NCBI GenBank assembly: GCA_021613535.1
Contig: CP075492.1
Span: 13,640,001-13,704,000, forward strand
DNA: 64,000 nt
Origin: Adineta vaga
Lineage: Eukaryota; Animalia; Rotifera
Direction: 5' to 3'
This document shows, in pieces, positions 26,484 through 39,408 of this stretch (its first letter is position 1; every line of letters begins with the position of its first letter). The notes beneath the pieces were generated by a model. The model worked only from the letters and a program-made list of their open reading frames with translations. It ran no database searches and was not told where the DNA came from. Both the position numbers and the translations under genes were made by a program.

Positions 26484-27022
26484 CTTTCAGGACCACAGTT
26501 CTTATCTCACTGTTTGTATAAAAGTCGCAAAAGAAATAAGAAGATTAAATAAAAAGTATAAGAGAAATTCTAACTTCAAAAGTCAGAAACATTGAATTCC
26601 GTTTATTTCTTAGACACAATTTTCATAATTAAGAGCTGCGTAAGTACTTTCTTCACAAGGAACAGATTTGTTAATTAGAATCAGGAAATGAACTTTTCGT
26701 TTAGCATCAACATCGTTTATGTGTCTATAAATAGAAGTCTTCTCTTTCTTATGGAAATATTCAGATGTATCTTTGAGATTCGATAAAGAAAAAAACTGTC
26801 CACAGAGATCTTTTTATTTTATTTTTTTATTCCTAGATGCATGATTTTATAGTTAGTAAAAATCTGATGCCCATATTTAATAATATTGATGAACTATTAT
26901 GAAAATGCTGATATCTGTATCTATCATCATAAATCGTGCACATCGAAAAGATTTCTAATGATAATGATGACAAACAAATAAGCAATAGTTTGAATGATCT
27001 TTTCTTATTTTCCTCACACACG

Positions 27023-27493
27023 CTAAACAATTAAATTGAGACTTTCATAAAAAACAAAAGTTTCTTTTTCACATGCATCTGTAGAATAATTACATCGAAT
27101 AAATGAATCACCTTCACGAAAACCACTTGGATAGCCAGGACAATAGAATTTCGATTCATCTTTTCGACGATGTAAACGTCTTTTCAATCGGCCAAATTTA
27201 CATCTGGGACAGCGAGGATATCCACCATGTTTGACCAAGTAAAGAATTCGAGAAATAAGTTCACTTTTATTTCCAAATGGATTTTGATGATTAAATCGAA
27301 GAATGTCTTTAAGAACTGGTACTGTCAATGCATTTAATTGCACACGGAGTGACGGTGGTTTGTCTGATTGAATTTTCTGTTTCTTGGATGTTCGATGCTG
27401 TTGTTTTTTTTCATCATTATCAACATCTTCTTCATTATCAGGATCATAGGGCGAATCTCGTTCGTCGTAGTGAACTCTCTTTCTCAATGACAT
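27023..27493 (-). CDS. Stand-alone PADR1 (PARP1 Zn3-like) zinc-binding protein with a charged, NLS-like N-terminus
   Basis: LKDILRFNHQ...GNKSELISRI...GGYPRCPRC..G.L...FYCPG...IRC resembles the PARP1 Zn3 pattern LKELL..N.Q...LDR...FGAL.PC.EC.G.L...YYC.G....W.KC. Confidence 0.7.
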   Translation of the reverse strand: MSLRKRVHYDERDSPYDPDNEEDVDNDEKKQQHRTSKKQKIQSDKPPSLRVQLNALTVPVLKDILRFNHQNPFGNKSELISRILYLVKHGGYPRCPRCKFGRLKRRLHRRKDESKFYCPGYPSGFREGDSFIRCNYSTDACEKETFVFYESLNLIV

Positions 27494-27656
27494 GATTGTT
27501 ATGGCGCAATTGTTGTGCAATTCCAATTTAAATACTCTCGCATTTTCTTATCACTGTAGAAAGAGAGAAAAAAGACAAAAAAAAATATAGTTATACTTAT
27601 CTCATATTTATTATATTTGTTAAGAAGTAATATGCAAAAATTACATTACAGAAAAA

Positions 27657-29140
27657 TTAAATAGCGTGTGCATTATTTTCAATAATAGTTGCTTGTGAAT
27701 TCATTGTTGAGGATGGAATTGATATGTTGAATGTAGGTTTTAAATGCCATTCTTGACAAGGTAATGCATTTAATCGTGTCATTCGTTTCCACATCAATCC
27801 GATCCATATGAAACCAAGAATAAAACAAATACAAACTTCAATAGAATATTCATATAGTTTTGGTAACCAATTTGAAATATATAAAACTGATGTTGATGAC
27901 AGATTTTGACCAAGATTAGAGATTGCTGCTAATAATGTCATATAAGTAGAAGCAATTCTCGGTTCACTAACACGTGCATAAATTCCAATTCGTGAAACTG
28001 TGATAATATAAACAAATGTTTCATTCAAACAGATAAAAACGATCAGCAATGGATAATAATATGATGTATGAAGAAGTTGTGGTGTAAAAAAGATATAAGT
28101 AGCCAAGAAAATTCCGGCAAATAAACGTGGAATATATCCTCGTGCAAACCATAAGAACGGATGTGTTATTCCACTCATACATAATGGTACAAGAATATGT
28201 ACAACAAGTAATGGAAGATTCATCAAAGCGATTGTATCACGTCCAATTCCATATCTAAACAGAAATAAAAAGAAAGAAATAGATGAAAAGATGAAATAAC
28301 ATACTCCATTAAAGTTAAATTTGTCATATAATAAGTAGCAGCAAAACCAACATTGAAAGTTAATAAGATCAATGCAAATTGATAAACACACTTTTTCTTT
28401 AGTAATTTCAAAATATCCATATAAGTTTCAAATAAATTTCATTTCATTTCTTGTTCATTATTTTCTTCTTTATTCGAATGTTTTTGCCAAAAGATGACTG
28501 CAGCAATAATAAAACTAATAAGAATAAAGACAATTCCCCAAAAGAATGTAAATTGTTGAAGAGTGAATAATCCATGAGGACGAGAAGGCAAAGATAATGG
28601 TTGACGAACAAATTGATTTGTAAAATGTGCTGATTCAAATGTAATTAAGACGGTTGTACCAATACATCTTCCAATCATTTCACCAATGGCTTGACAAGTC
28701 GATGACCATTGTGGATTTGAAGTTGTAAATAAAATAACAGACCATCCATCAACAACGATATCTTGTGTTGCAATAAGAAAATATAGAAAGAAAAAGATGA
28801 TTGTTAATGGCAGAACATGTAAATTGATTAACAGTGATTCAATATAAAATGAAAGAATAATAAGAATGATACCAATAAGTAATTGTGCAGGAACTAACCA
28901 TGTTTGTTGTCGACCACCAATACGTGGACTATAAATTGAATCAATCAATGGTGCCCAGAGAATTTTGAAACTAAATGGATAAGCAACCCAACTGAATGTT
29001 CCTTGTTCTTTCCATGATGCATTATACGATGCTAAATACAATGGAATCGATAGAGTAAAACCTTGAATAAATCCTTGTAAAGTATAAAGAATAAGAATTA
29101 GAACAATACGCCAAATTAGTAAACTTCGTGGAACAATCAT
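27657..29140 (-). pseudogene. Acetyl-CoA transporter 1 (SLC33A1/AmpG-like MFS) with an in-frame TGA at 28439-28441
   Basis: LYTLQG, YPFSFKILWAPLIDS, ATQDIVVDGW and TYMTLLAAISNLG motifs; EQEMK*NLFETY continues in the same frame; intron at about 28255-28304. Confidence 0.8.
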
Positions 29141-29640
29141 CTAATGTTATATTTGATTGTAAAAAAGTACTATTGTTACTTTGAAATAGTTTCAAATTTC
29201 GATGATATTCAAACAGAATGAAAAGAAATGAATTGTTCGATTGAATGTTGTTGCCTGAGAAATGATAGAAGTGGCGTATATTGATGTGACATGGACGACA
29301 TATAGGATCAGAGAAAAGTGACTGTGACTTTTTCTTTTCTCTTTCTGTCTCTCTCGGTATATAGGATTATATGTAAACAAAGATGAAAAAGAAAGAATTG
29401 AATTGACAATATCCTATTTCATATCGTTGCTTAGTTTTTAATCGTATTTGTGAAAATAGAAATAGGTAATTGATGTTTATAAACGTCATTCTAATCGAGA
29501 TAATAAGATTAGTTTTTTTTTATCAAAAACGAAAGATTGATTAATTGATAATATAGATTATGGAAATATATTTTAAAATGACAAGAATTGAAGAAAGAAA
29601 ACTCGGAGTAAATATACAGTTTTCATTTCATTTCGAAACG

Positions 29641-32600
29641 ATGTTTCAAATCATTTATTATATTCTTTTTATTTTTCAATGGTTTCATTTAATTTATGGA
29701 CAAAATTTTCTTTCCATGCCACCACAAGATTCTTGTGTGTCAACAAATATGACTCTTCGTTGTCCAAATTATTATGTTGTAATTATCACTAAGGCTCTAT
29801 ATGGTGTGACTCAAACTTCTAATTCATGTCAATATTCACATGATGATTGTCTAGTTGATACTATGAATACCATATTATGTCCAAATGATGTCCATGAATG
29901 TGTTATTTACGCAGCACAAGAACCATTAATACACTGTAATAATCAATCGAGCAATTATCTTCATATAGAATATGATTGTGTTCCATTATGGATGAATGAT
30001 CCAGGAGATGAGTATAATATGTGTGAAAATGATAACATTATAACGAATAATCATGGAAGGATAACATCTCCTGGTTATTCACATTACTTTCAAACAACTG
30101 AAACGGAATGTTCTCGTACTATACTTGTTCCAAATGATAAAATACTTCGTTTATGGTTAACTGACTTGTATATTGGAACAGCAGGTATAGATTGTTCAAA
30201 AGATTATGTTGCTGTTGTTGATCGTCATGATATACGATGGCAATGCGGTTTAAAACGATATTCTTATCCACTTTTATATTCATCAACAGTTATGATTCGA
30301 TATTTCGCTTCAACTAAATCGGTCATGTATCGTGGAATGAGAATGTATTTCGAAATTATTGATCGTTCATCTGATAATACTTATCGAAGTTCAAACGGAA
30401 CAACAACAATGACATCTACTGTGCAAAGTTTTCAATTGTGTAAAGGTAAAAAATTCTCTATGTCATAATCGATTTTAAATCTTCTTTTTCTCATTAGGTC
30501 AATCATATACACTCCAATGTCTGAATAATTAATTGTAGTTGTACGAAAAAATATCTATGGTGTTACTCATTCTAATCAATGTGAAGATTATAATATAACG
30601 CAACATTGTTTACTGACAACAGAACCAACATTTTCTTGTCGTCAACGTTGTACATATTTGTACACAGGTAATCGAGCTATTCCATCGTGTGAAAATAGAA
30701 TTGCTACTTATCTTTATGTTAAATATCATTGTATGCCAATAAATACTGAACTTGTATTACCGAATATTTCATGTCCAATAGATAACTCAAAAATGTTACT
30801 AGAAATTAATCGACAAGGTCGATTTCAAAGTTATGATTATCCAAATTTGAAGAATATGAATTGTACATATCGATTAAGAACAAAACCTGGTCATATCATG
30901 CATATCTATGCAATTGATATTAGTTTAAATGATTTCTTCTCGAATTGTACTCAAAATAAATTATCATTGATTGAAGATGGTGAGATTGATGGAAGTGATT
31001 TTTGTGAAGAACGATCACAAAAACTAATCTATTCAACTCGTTCAAATGAAATCGATCTACATTATATAGTCACTGATGATCGTTTATTTACATCCCATGG
31101 GGTTCATTTGTATATTGAAAGTCAACCTGATGCATCAATGACTGTACGTGAAAAACGTGAACATGATTTATGTTTTAATAGTTCACTGAATTATTCATGT
31201 CCAATTGGTTATACATTTATGATTACTAGTGCTTTTTATGGCATAATGAATAAAATATTCAATCAATGTAGATTCATGCCAGGTGATTGTATTGAAGATA
31301 CATTATCCACAATAAATCAATGTCAAAATGATCAATCGACTTGTTTTCTTTCATATATGACTAAACGTCGATTGAGTTCATGTTCAGATAAATATGGTGA
31401 TTATTTACATGTAATGAGTGAATGTGTACCAAGTAAACCTCATGAAGTTATGTCATCATTAAAAGTCTACAATATTTGTGAAACAAATGATACTATTAGT
31501 GATATTAATGGAATTATCATTAGTCCAGGTTTCCCATCGTATGAAAGAACCAATGGTGAATGTAGACGATCGTTAGTTATTGCTAGAAAAGATCAAGTTT
31601 TGAAAATTTGGTTGAATGAAATAGATTTGTCATCGGATAATACTTCACATAATACTTGTAGCAAAGATTATCTAATGATCAATACTGCTTATGTTTATTG
31701 TGGTATTCATAAATTAGCTATGACACCTATTAGTGCATCGAAGATCGATATACAATATAGAGGTACAACATCATCAACTTCTTTCTATAAAGGCTTTAAA
31801 TTATATTTTGAATGGATTGAAAAGTCAACTAATATGACATATAATGATACTACATTATTATCAACAACAACATCTTTTAATATACCGATACCACTTTGGG
31901 CGCAAAATTTAGAACTTTCACCAATATTATCTGCTCATATTTGTTTTGGATCATCCTATACTTTGCAATGTCCTCGACAATCTGATTATGTTCTTTCAAT
32001 CATTTACACAAGTTATGGCGTTAGTGGTACGGGTTTATGTAAAGTTCCAGAACCGAATCATTGCCAACAACAAGTTTCATTAAATTTAACTTGTACATAC
32101 TCATGTTTGATCGAATATTATACTCCACAAACAATTGCACAATGTACATTTCAAAATGCTGATTATATTACAATAGATTATGAATGTATTCCAACCCGTT
32201 TACCTAAGGACAAAAATCCTATTGATATTTGTGCACCATATTCATCCAACGATACGTTTAATACGAGTACAGATGTAATGATGATGATTAGTCCAAACTA
32301 TCCGACATTAAATAGTACACATAATTGTTCGAAAAGAATTGAAACATTGCCAGGTAAATTATGGATGATCTACCTCGTTGATTTATCTTTGGAAGGACGA
32401 AATGATCTCAACACGTGTAATATCACTTCATTGACTACTTACGATGGACATGATGAAATAATTCAATGTGGTTTAAAACAACTCACGTTAATGCATGTTA
32501 GTTGTTCACATTTTATTGAATTTAAATTTGTTTCAAATAGTCAAGCATTTAATTATCGTGGTTTTGAAGTCTTTTTATATACGATTAATGCACCAAATGA

Positions 32601-34387
32601 TTGGTCATATCAACTCACTAATCTAATGGACCACGGCAGCACCAATAAGAACAACGCGAGATACAACAGAACTAGTAACGATCGGTTCTAATCTAGTTAG
32701 TACACCAATTAGACAAATAATATCATGCATTTCACAGTCTATAATCATGCATTGTGATCAACCTGATTATGTTCTTATTCTACATGAAGTAGCATTTGCT
32801 GCCAGTAAAAATAGCAGTTGTGCTTATTCAAATCACGATTGTTTTGAAGATTGTACTGCTTTATATCATTTCTGTTCTGGCAGATCCATATGTAATATAT
32901 CTTCGCCTGAGACTGTATTAAACTCGTGCAATAATTTCTTGGCAAATTATTTACATATCAAATATCAATGTATTCCTACTCGACCTAAATCGTATTTCAA
33001 CATATGTTCATCAATGAACAAAGTTCATACTGTTGATGGTGGAATTATCGTTTCATCACTGAATTACACATCCGCATCTAAACAATGTCGAATACAATTG
33101 CATTCAAAAAACTTCTCATCAAGTCAAGGTTACCGAGCATTCAAAGTTTATCTACTGAACATGAATTTACCAGGTCGATCAAATATATCTAATCAAAATC
33201 GATATTGTGATGAAAATGATCCATTTGTAGAAATTGATGATTTTAATTCAAACAAAATACGTCTCTGTGGTACTTCTCTTACATATTATTTATTTGAAAC
33301 ATGTTCAAATATATTAGAAATTCGATATTACAACGTTCATATGAATATTAGTTCGATGCAATATGACGGTTTTGCAATTTATGTCGAATCAATTGAAAAT
33401 GATCAATGTCGTCTAACACCACCCATTGTTGTTACACATCAAATTGCTTGTATCAAACCACATGAACATATTCCAATTCAATTCAATTGTCCGAAAGGGT
33501 ATGGTCTTGTTTTCTTGAGATCATCTCATTTCATAACAATAAATCAATCTGATCAATGTGATGTAACTCAATCGATTTGTTCATATCTAAATATACAACC
33601 ACATACACAGTGCTCAGGTCAAGAATCATGTAGTTACATTTACAATACTTCGTCTTCATTACAATTGAATTCTTGTTCAAATCAACAACCAATTGCTACC
33701 GATTTCTATTATCAATGTCTGCCTATGTATCCATCTACAACATATCCTGTATACACACTATGTCGAGATAAACAGACGAATACTTCTATGGGATTTATTG
33801 AAACATATAACTATCCACATACTTACCAGTTTGGAATACAAAAATGTTCCTTGATAATATCATTACCAAATAATTCTAATCTGACGAATAGATATTCGAT
33901 TCATATTTATAGTATAAAAACATCCATACGCACTACTTCAATAGCGTGCATCGGTCAACTTGGCTTGCCATGATTTCATTATACTTGATGGTGATGAAAA
34001 TAGAACAAGTGCAGTTTTATGTGGAAATAGTAGTCGACCAAGTTTTCAATATCAAACAAATCAAAATCAAATCAAAATAACATTTCATATAGTAGATGAC
34101 ATATCTATCGTTGATTCTACTCTTTGGCAAGGTGCTCAATTATTTTTTATGATTGAACATCAAGATCTACCATCAACAACACAACAAATGATATCATCAT
34201 CTACTATTCAAAGTATGTTCTCGAAAATTAAATCTCTTTTCTAATTTCTTATCTTTTAGCATCAACTACTTCAGTGAAAGAAATTTTAATAAATTCAACA
34301 GTAAAATTCATTGATACAACTACAACATTTACTTCGACTTCGACATCGAGACCAAGTCAAGCACAGTATCTGAAACTAGTTCGATAG
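29641..34387 (+). pseudogene. Large secreted protein of alternating SUEL/Gal-lectin-like and CUB domains; three frameshifts (about 30530, 32630, 33960)
   Basis: Signal peptide; repeated C...L.CP...I..A.YG modules ending YL...Y.C.P, alternating with CUB modules (G.I.SP.YP, C..DY, CG, GF..Y); Thr-rich tail. Confidence 0.75.
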
Positions 34388-34818
34388 CAACGATCATTTC
34401 TAATCTAGATCATATGTTGTTGTTTTATTGTTTCGTTTTTTCTTCATTTGTCGCTTCTTAAAAACTACAGTTTTTTTTACAGAAATAAATGCATTAATAA
34501 CATAAGAATATAGCTTGAAATTAATTTTATCCTGTATATGATCACATATGTATATTTATTCAACAAAAAATATCAGTAATTATACCAGCTCTTATTCGAT
34601 CATATGATCGACGAATGACATTAATTTAATTTAATGAATTACATGCTGTTTATTTTAGAATTTGGGACAGAAATAGAACTTTGAAATATTCTTTACAATT
34701 TACTGTCTTCCTGTGATGGGCTCATTTCCCATTAAAATTTGATAATGATGTAGAAAATAAGGCGATCATTTGTATTTTCGCAAATACTCGTTGACTTCAA
34801 CTTCATTTGAACATTATC

Positions 34819-35790
34819 ATGCTGAAACAAACTTTCTCACCTATGTCAGTTATAATTCAATCGATTGAAACAAATTTATGTCGATATATCGGCCCATTTT
34901 TACTCTTTATCGGTACAATCGGTTGTCTCTTGAACATTCTTGTATTTTCTCGAAAAAGTCTCCGAAAAAATCCATGTTCATTTTATCTCATTGCATATAA
35001 TATTGCCGATCTATTATATATCTATTGTGCATTATTATTTCTAATCATCAGTATCGGATATCAAATCGATCCAACTACAGTTAATTTAATCTTCTGTCGT
35101 TTACGTCTGTATACTGCACTTTTATTTCATGGTTTAAGTCAATTTTATTTAATTTTGGCTTCAATCGATCGAGTGTTAATCACTTCACGTCATGCTTTAA
35201 CACGCCGTCGAAGTAATCGTCGGCTAGCATTCATCTCTATTGCCATTGGAACACTCTTTTGGATAATATTTCACAGTCATACTTTAATTTTTAGCGATAT
35301 TATCGAAATGGCTCCACATTCTTTTGTGTGTTTTTTTCGACTAGGCATCGAAGCTGATTTCGTTGACTATTATACAATTATTAAAGAAACATTGATGCTT
35401 TCACTAATGATCATCTGTGGATTATGTTCGATTCATAATATTCGAAGTATACATCATATTCAAGTTGTTCCCAAAGAATTGATAAGACGACAAATTCCTT
35501 TGAATGAAAATCATCATTCTTCTTCGTCAAAAGATAGACAATTGGTGTTCATGTTAATTGGAGATATAACGACGTATACTTTCTTTAGTTTTATATTTGG
35601 CATTTTTGTTCTGTACACACAAATTACGAAAAACGATAGCAAAAAATTTGAACATATTCAAATTGAAAATAGTTTAAGAAATATTTGTTTATTTAGTATT
35701 AATATTCCATGTTGTATCAGTTGTTATGTAAATCTTTTCATATCGAAAACATTTCGAAATGAAATGAAAAAGATCTTTGTACGAAACTAA
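34819..35790 (+). CDS. Orphan class A GPCR (intronless)
   Basis: LRKNPCSFYL, CRLR.Y, LASIDR, KDRQL and SKTFRNE motifs; seven TM segments. Confidence 0.88.
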   Translation: MLKQTFSPMSVIIQSIETNLCRYIGPFLLFIGTIGCLLNILVFSRKSLRKNPCSFYLIAYNIADLLYIYCALLFLIISIGYQIDPTTVNLIFCRLRLYTALLFHGLSQFYLILASIDRVLITSRHALTRRRSNRRLAFISIAIGTLFWIIFHSHTLIFSDIIEMAPHSFVCFFRLGIEADFVDYYTIIKETLMLSLMIICGLCSIHNIRSIHHIQVVPKELIRRQIPLNENHHSSSSKDRQLVFMLIGDITTYTFFSFIFGIFVLYTQITKNDSKKFEHIQIENSLRNICLFSINIPCCISCYVNLFISKTFRNEMKKIFVRN

Positions 35791-36970
35791 ATAGTTATAC
35801 ATTCTACTGATTGTCAAATGAATATTCCGATAAGTTAAATAGGCGAACAATGTCATTATGAGTATTGGACCGATACTTAGAAAATAAAGTAGATAGTTTA
35901 TTTGTTATCGGTGCAATATTGAAGAATATCAATGATACAATACTGTGAAGACACCAGATAAGAATGACTATGACCAATAACACCTATAATAAGGAGAAAT
36001 AAACCAACATAGACAGTAATTTATTGAGTAAAATACCATGACATAACTTAAGTTCATTTGTAAGAGATGAATAGTCTCTAGAAACGATCATTCATGGAAA
36101 AATTTGTGATAAAAAACAAAAAAGCTGTCAGTGAATAATTATAGACATATAGTCGATATACTATATTCTTTTCATTCTTACTAACAGTATCTTAAAAATT
36201 TATTTATTTTATTTTTCAAAGAACAAATAACCGGAGGTAATATACGTCAACGACGTAATCTACATACAACACACTGTTAGTGAATCATTATCTAGTGCTT
36301 TTCTTTGAGTAAATCTGATTAATGTTCTTACTTGCACTTGTTCTATGTATCAGAAGTTTTGAATACAGCAATATAAGTTGTTATGATGCATATAATTTTG
36401 AGAAAAGTGCTCACATCAACGCCGATATGTACATCCCTTGATAAACATTATTTCCCGGTTGAACGTAATTTTCCCTCTTGATGTGTTGTTACGATATTCT
36501 AATCTGTAAAAAATGAGTAATTATCAATATACATTCATCAAGCTACACAAATTGAGACTCTATTACCATCTTAATGAGTTTACAGTTGACTGTTTTCTAT
36601 TGTAATTAGCATTTACAGTCAAAAATTCCAAACGTCACGAATCAATCATATAAAGAAATTCGGAGTTCGTTCATAACGTGAATTCTTCACTAAATACTCT
36701 GAAGTATTTGCATATATATATTTATCAAATGTTTTATTAAATCTACTTACAGATATTACTATTGACTTTGTTTCACGATCATTTTTCATCTGAATATTTT
36801 GATCTATGTTGATAATATGAGATCAAACTAGTAAGGAGATAACGTACATGGTTACATCTTTTATGAGGCACTCAATTTCATTTAATTGTGATACAGACCC
36901 TTTGTAATATACGAAAATCATACTTAAAAATAAGAAATATGCATTGTTCGGACGATATATGTTAATCTAC

Positions 36971-36984
36971 TATATAAAGATAAG
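36971..36984 (+). promoter_or_regulatory. TATA + GATAAG promoter of first-exon cassette A
   Basis: TATATAAAGATAAG, conserved with the cassette B promoter. Confidence 0.55.
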
Positions 36985-37116
36985 AACACAATCAAAAACC
37001 TATTTTCATTCTTGAATACATTACTTACAGTTTACGATTATTCCGATAGTGAAAGGTAAATATATATATGTATATGATTTGCATTAAAAAAAAGCGAAAC
37101 AATCTGTACAAAAATT

Positions 37117-37387
37117 ATGGATAACAATCCCTGGGAATATGTGGGTAAAAGTGAATATAATAAACGTCCTAGACGTTTCAGTCGTCGGTGCATTATCATC
37201 TTTTGTATTGCTCTTTTCGTCTTGACAATTGTTGCCGTTGGTCTTGCTCTTCTTATAAAGTTTGTCATTTTGAAACGACCACAACCGACAGACTACTATA
37301 ATACAACGACATCATCATCATTCGAAACCTCTAGCAATATAAACATATCAACGGAAATAACAATAAGCATCACTACAGTGCAACCAG
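37117..37387 (+). CDS. Variable first coding exon A: cytoplasmic tail + type II TM + Thr/Ser stalk
   Basis: MDNNPWEYV...RRFSRRC-TM-stalk; ends CCA G|GTAATT (phase-1 donor). Confidence 0.7.
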
Positions 37388-37777
37388 GTAATTTTCCACG
37401 TATTGTCTAAGTTTCTGATCACATTCAGTAAGGCTTTGCTCCTATTTTCGAACAACCAATATGTATATCTATCAAAAAAAGTTCGTGACTTTTCATTTAT
37501 TGAGAAAGAAATCTTTACGCTGTTCGTGTCATTGTGTGTATGTTAAGAGAGAGACTAAAATCGATCAATTGTCCAACTATAGTTACTAGGGTAGGCAGAT
37601 TTTTAGATATTCTTAATCAACTGTGAGAAGTTTCACTATGAAAAATACCACAATATATCTTGTGGTATTTGTATTTATGACAGATCATATTAAGATAAAG
37701 AAGCAGAAAGTAGGAGCATTATAAATGGCAAGTATATATACATATATGAGTTGTGTGGATGATATGCCAAATATATC

Positions 37778-37790
37778 ATATAAAGATAAG
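37778..37790 (+). promoter_or_regulatory. TATA + GATAAG promoter of first-exon cassette B
   Basis: ATATAAAGATAAG followed by sequence homologous to the cassette A 5' UTR. Confidence 0.55.
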
Positions 37791-37924
37791 AGCACACTAA
37801 TACTTATTTTCATTCACGTGATTATTACTTACATTTTATGATTATTCTGGTAGTAAAGAGGTGAATAAAACGAAGTTTCGATAAATCACCTATAGTGACG
37901 AAAAACTGAATCCCTAGCGAACAA

Positions 37925-38234
37925 ATGAACAATAATGTATGGCAATACGTAGATAATAATAAAGATGAAAAGCAGCCTAGGCGTCTGAGTCGTCGTTGTA
38001 TAATAGTTATTTGTTTTGTCTTTATCATCTTGGTAATTGTTGCAGTTATTCTTGCTATTTTATTAGCACCATCCAACTCAACTACCACACCTCCTTCGAT
38101 CGTCAACAACAACGAGACAATAACAGGCAGTACATTAATAGACACAACAACAGTAATTGTTACAGGGTCAACTTATACATCATTTGACACATCAATGACT
38201 TCAATTACAACAGAGATTACGACTGAAAAACCAG
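37925..38234 (+). CDS. Variable first coding exon B (paralog of A)
   Basis: MNNNVWQYV...RRLSRRC-TM-stalk; ends CCA G|GTAACC (phase-1 donor). Confidence 0.7.
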
Positions 38235-38791
38235 GTAACCTTAAAATTCATGCGTTTTTTAGTCTTATTTCTTGAGGGTTTCTTTTTGTTGAAAGAATGA
38301 CTTCAATTAAGGTGAACAAAAATTGTAGATTTAAGTTGAAGTTTTCTCTTAATAGACAAACTTTATGTACCGATTGTGGGTCTATGCCATTAAAAAAACT
38401 AAGATCGTATCTGTATTGTTCTATAATTAGAATAGCGAAAGTTTTAATTAAATCTTCAACACATGTTTCTAAAGGTATATCAACTTACTAAGTGATTATA
38501 ACTTTTATTGCATTGTTCTTTATATGAATTACCGATTCGAGTAGATTGTATTAGAATTATAAGCATAATATTCTATGAAAGCTTATGATACGTATGCGAA
38601 TGAGACTTCTAATTAATACAAGAGATCTCGAAGATAAAATATCGTTTATGGCTGCAAATAGAGTAATATTTTTTTTCTTACGTTCGTATTAACGTCATTT
38701 GTATCTTATCAGTATTATTTTAGATAAAAATAAGCAGCAGGTAGTTTCACATCGTAGTTTGTCGATCTTTCATTGTGAGTTGACGCTTTTT

Positions 38792-38993
38792 ATGGAGCAA
38801 ATTGTATATATGGATGACATGAATTCTGGATCTCATACAGAAAGTGATGAAGGATATAAACGTCGATGGTGTAATCGTTGGATAATCTTGATCGTTCTGA
38901 TAATTTTCCTAATCGTGGCACTAGTTATCACTTTAGTGGTGATATTTGTCCTTCCAAAACAGTCTTCTTCCAATCCACCCTCTTCTAAGCCAA
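38792..38993 (+). CDS. Variable first coding exon C (diverged, short stalk)
   Basis: ...KRRWCNRW-TM-PKQSSSNPPSSKP; ends CCA A|GTGAGC (phase-1 donor). Confidence 0.6.
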
Positions 38994-39408
38994 GTGAGCT
39001 ATGCGAGATACCGCTGTTTTTCGAATCAGCTTTCTTATTTTTCTACTCAACAGAATATCGAACGATCTGTTAAAATATGTTACGATTACACATATACTTT
39101 TTCGACTTTTCTCAAGAAATGAAAATACAGAATGAAAACTGCTCTGACTTCGTGAGAAATTTTATAGTAAACTTTTCAGAACTGACCATAGTTAGAACCT
39201 ATACTAATGATTCGATCAAATCACTATAAGTCTCAATAATCTTTAGCGTTTACTTGAAAATTATGCTGAGATTTGAGATTAATTTGATTCTATTTGAGCA
39301 AACTAATTTCAGTTACATACAAGTCTCCTGCTCGAAGTAACTGATATTCAGTTAGACAACACACACCATACTTTATTAAAAGAAATTTCTTGTTGAGAAT
39401 TCTTTTAG

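Noticed and set aside
3938-28441. Alternative genetic code or stop-codon reassignment to explain the in-frame TAG and TGA
   Set aside because: TAA, TAG and TGA all terminate intact genes in this window, and most broken genes also carry frameshifts
36222-36236. Possible 15-nt micro-exon (ag|AACAAATAACCGGAG|gt) upstream of the Kelch cassettes
   Set aside because: No associated start codon or TM exon was found; it cannot be supported without transcripts
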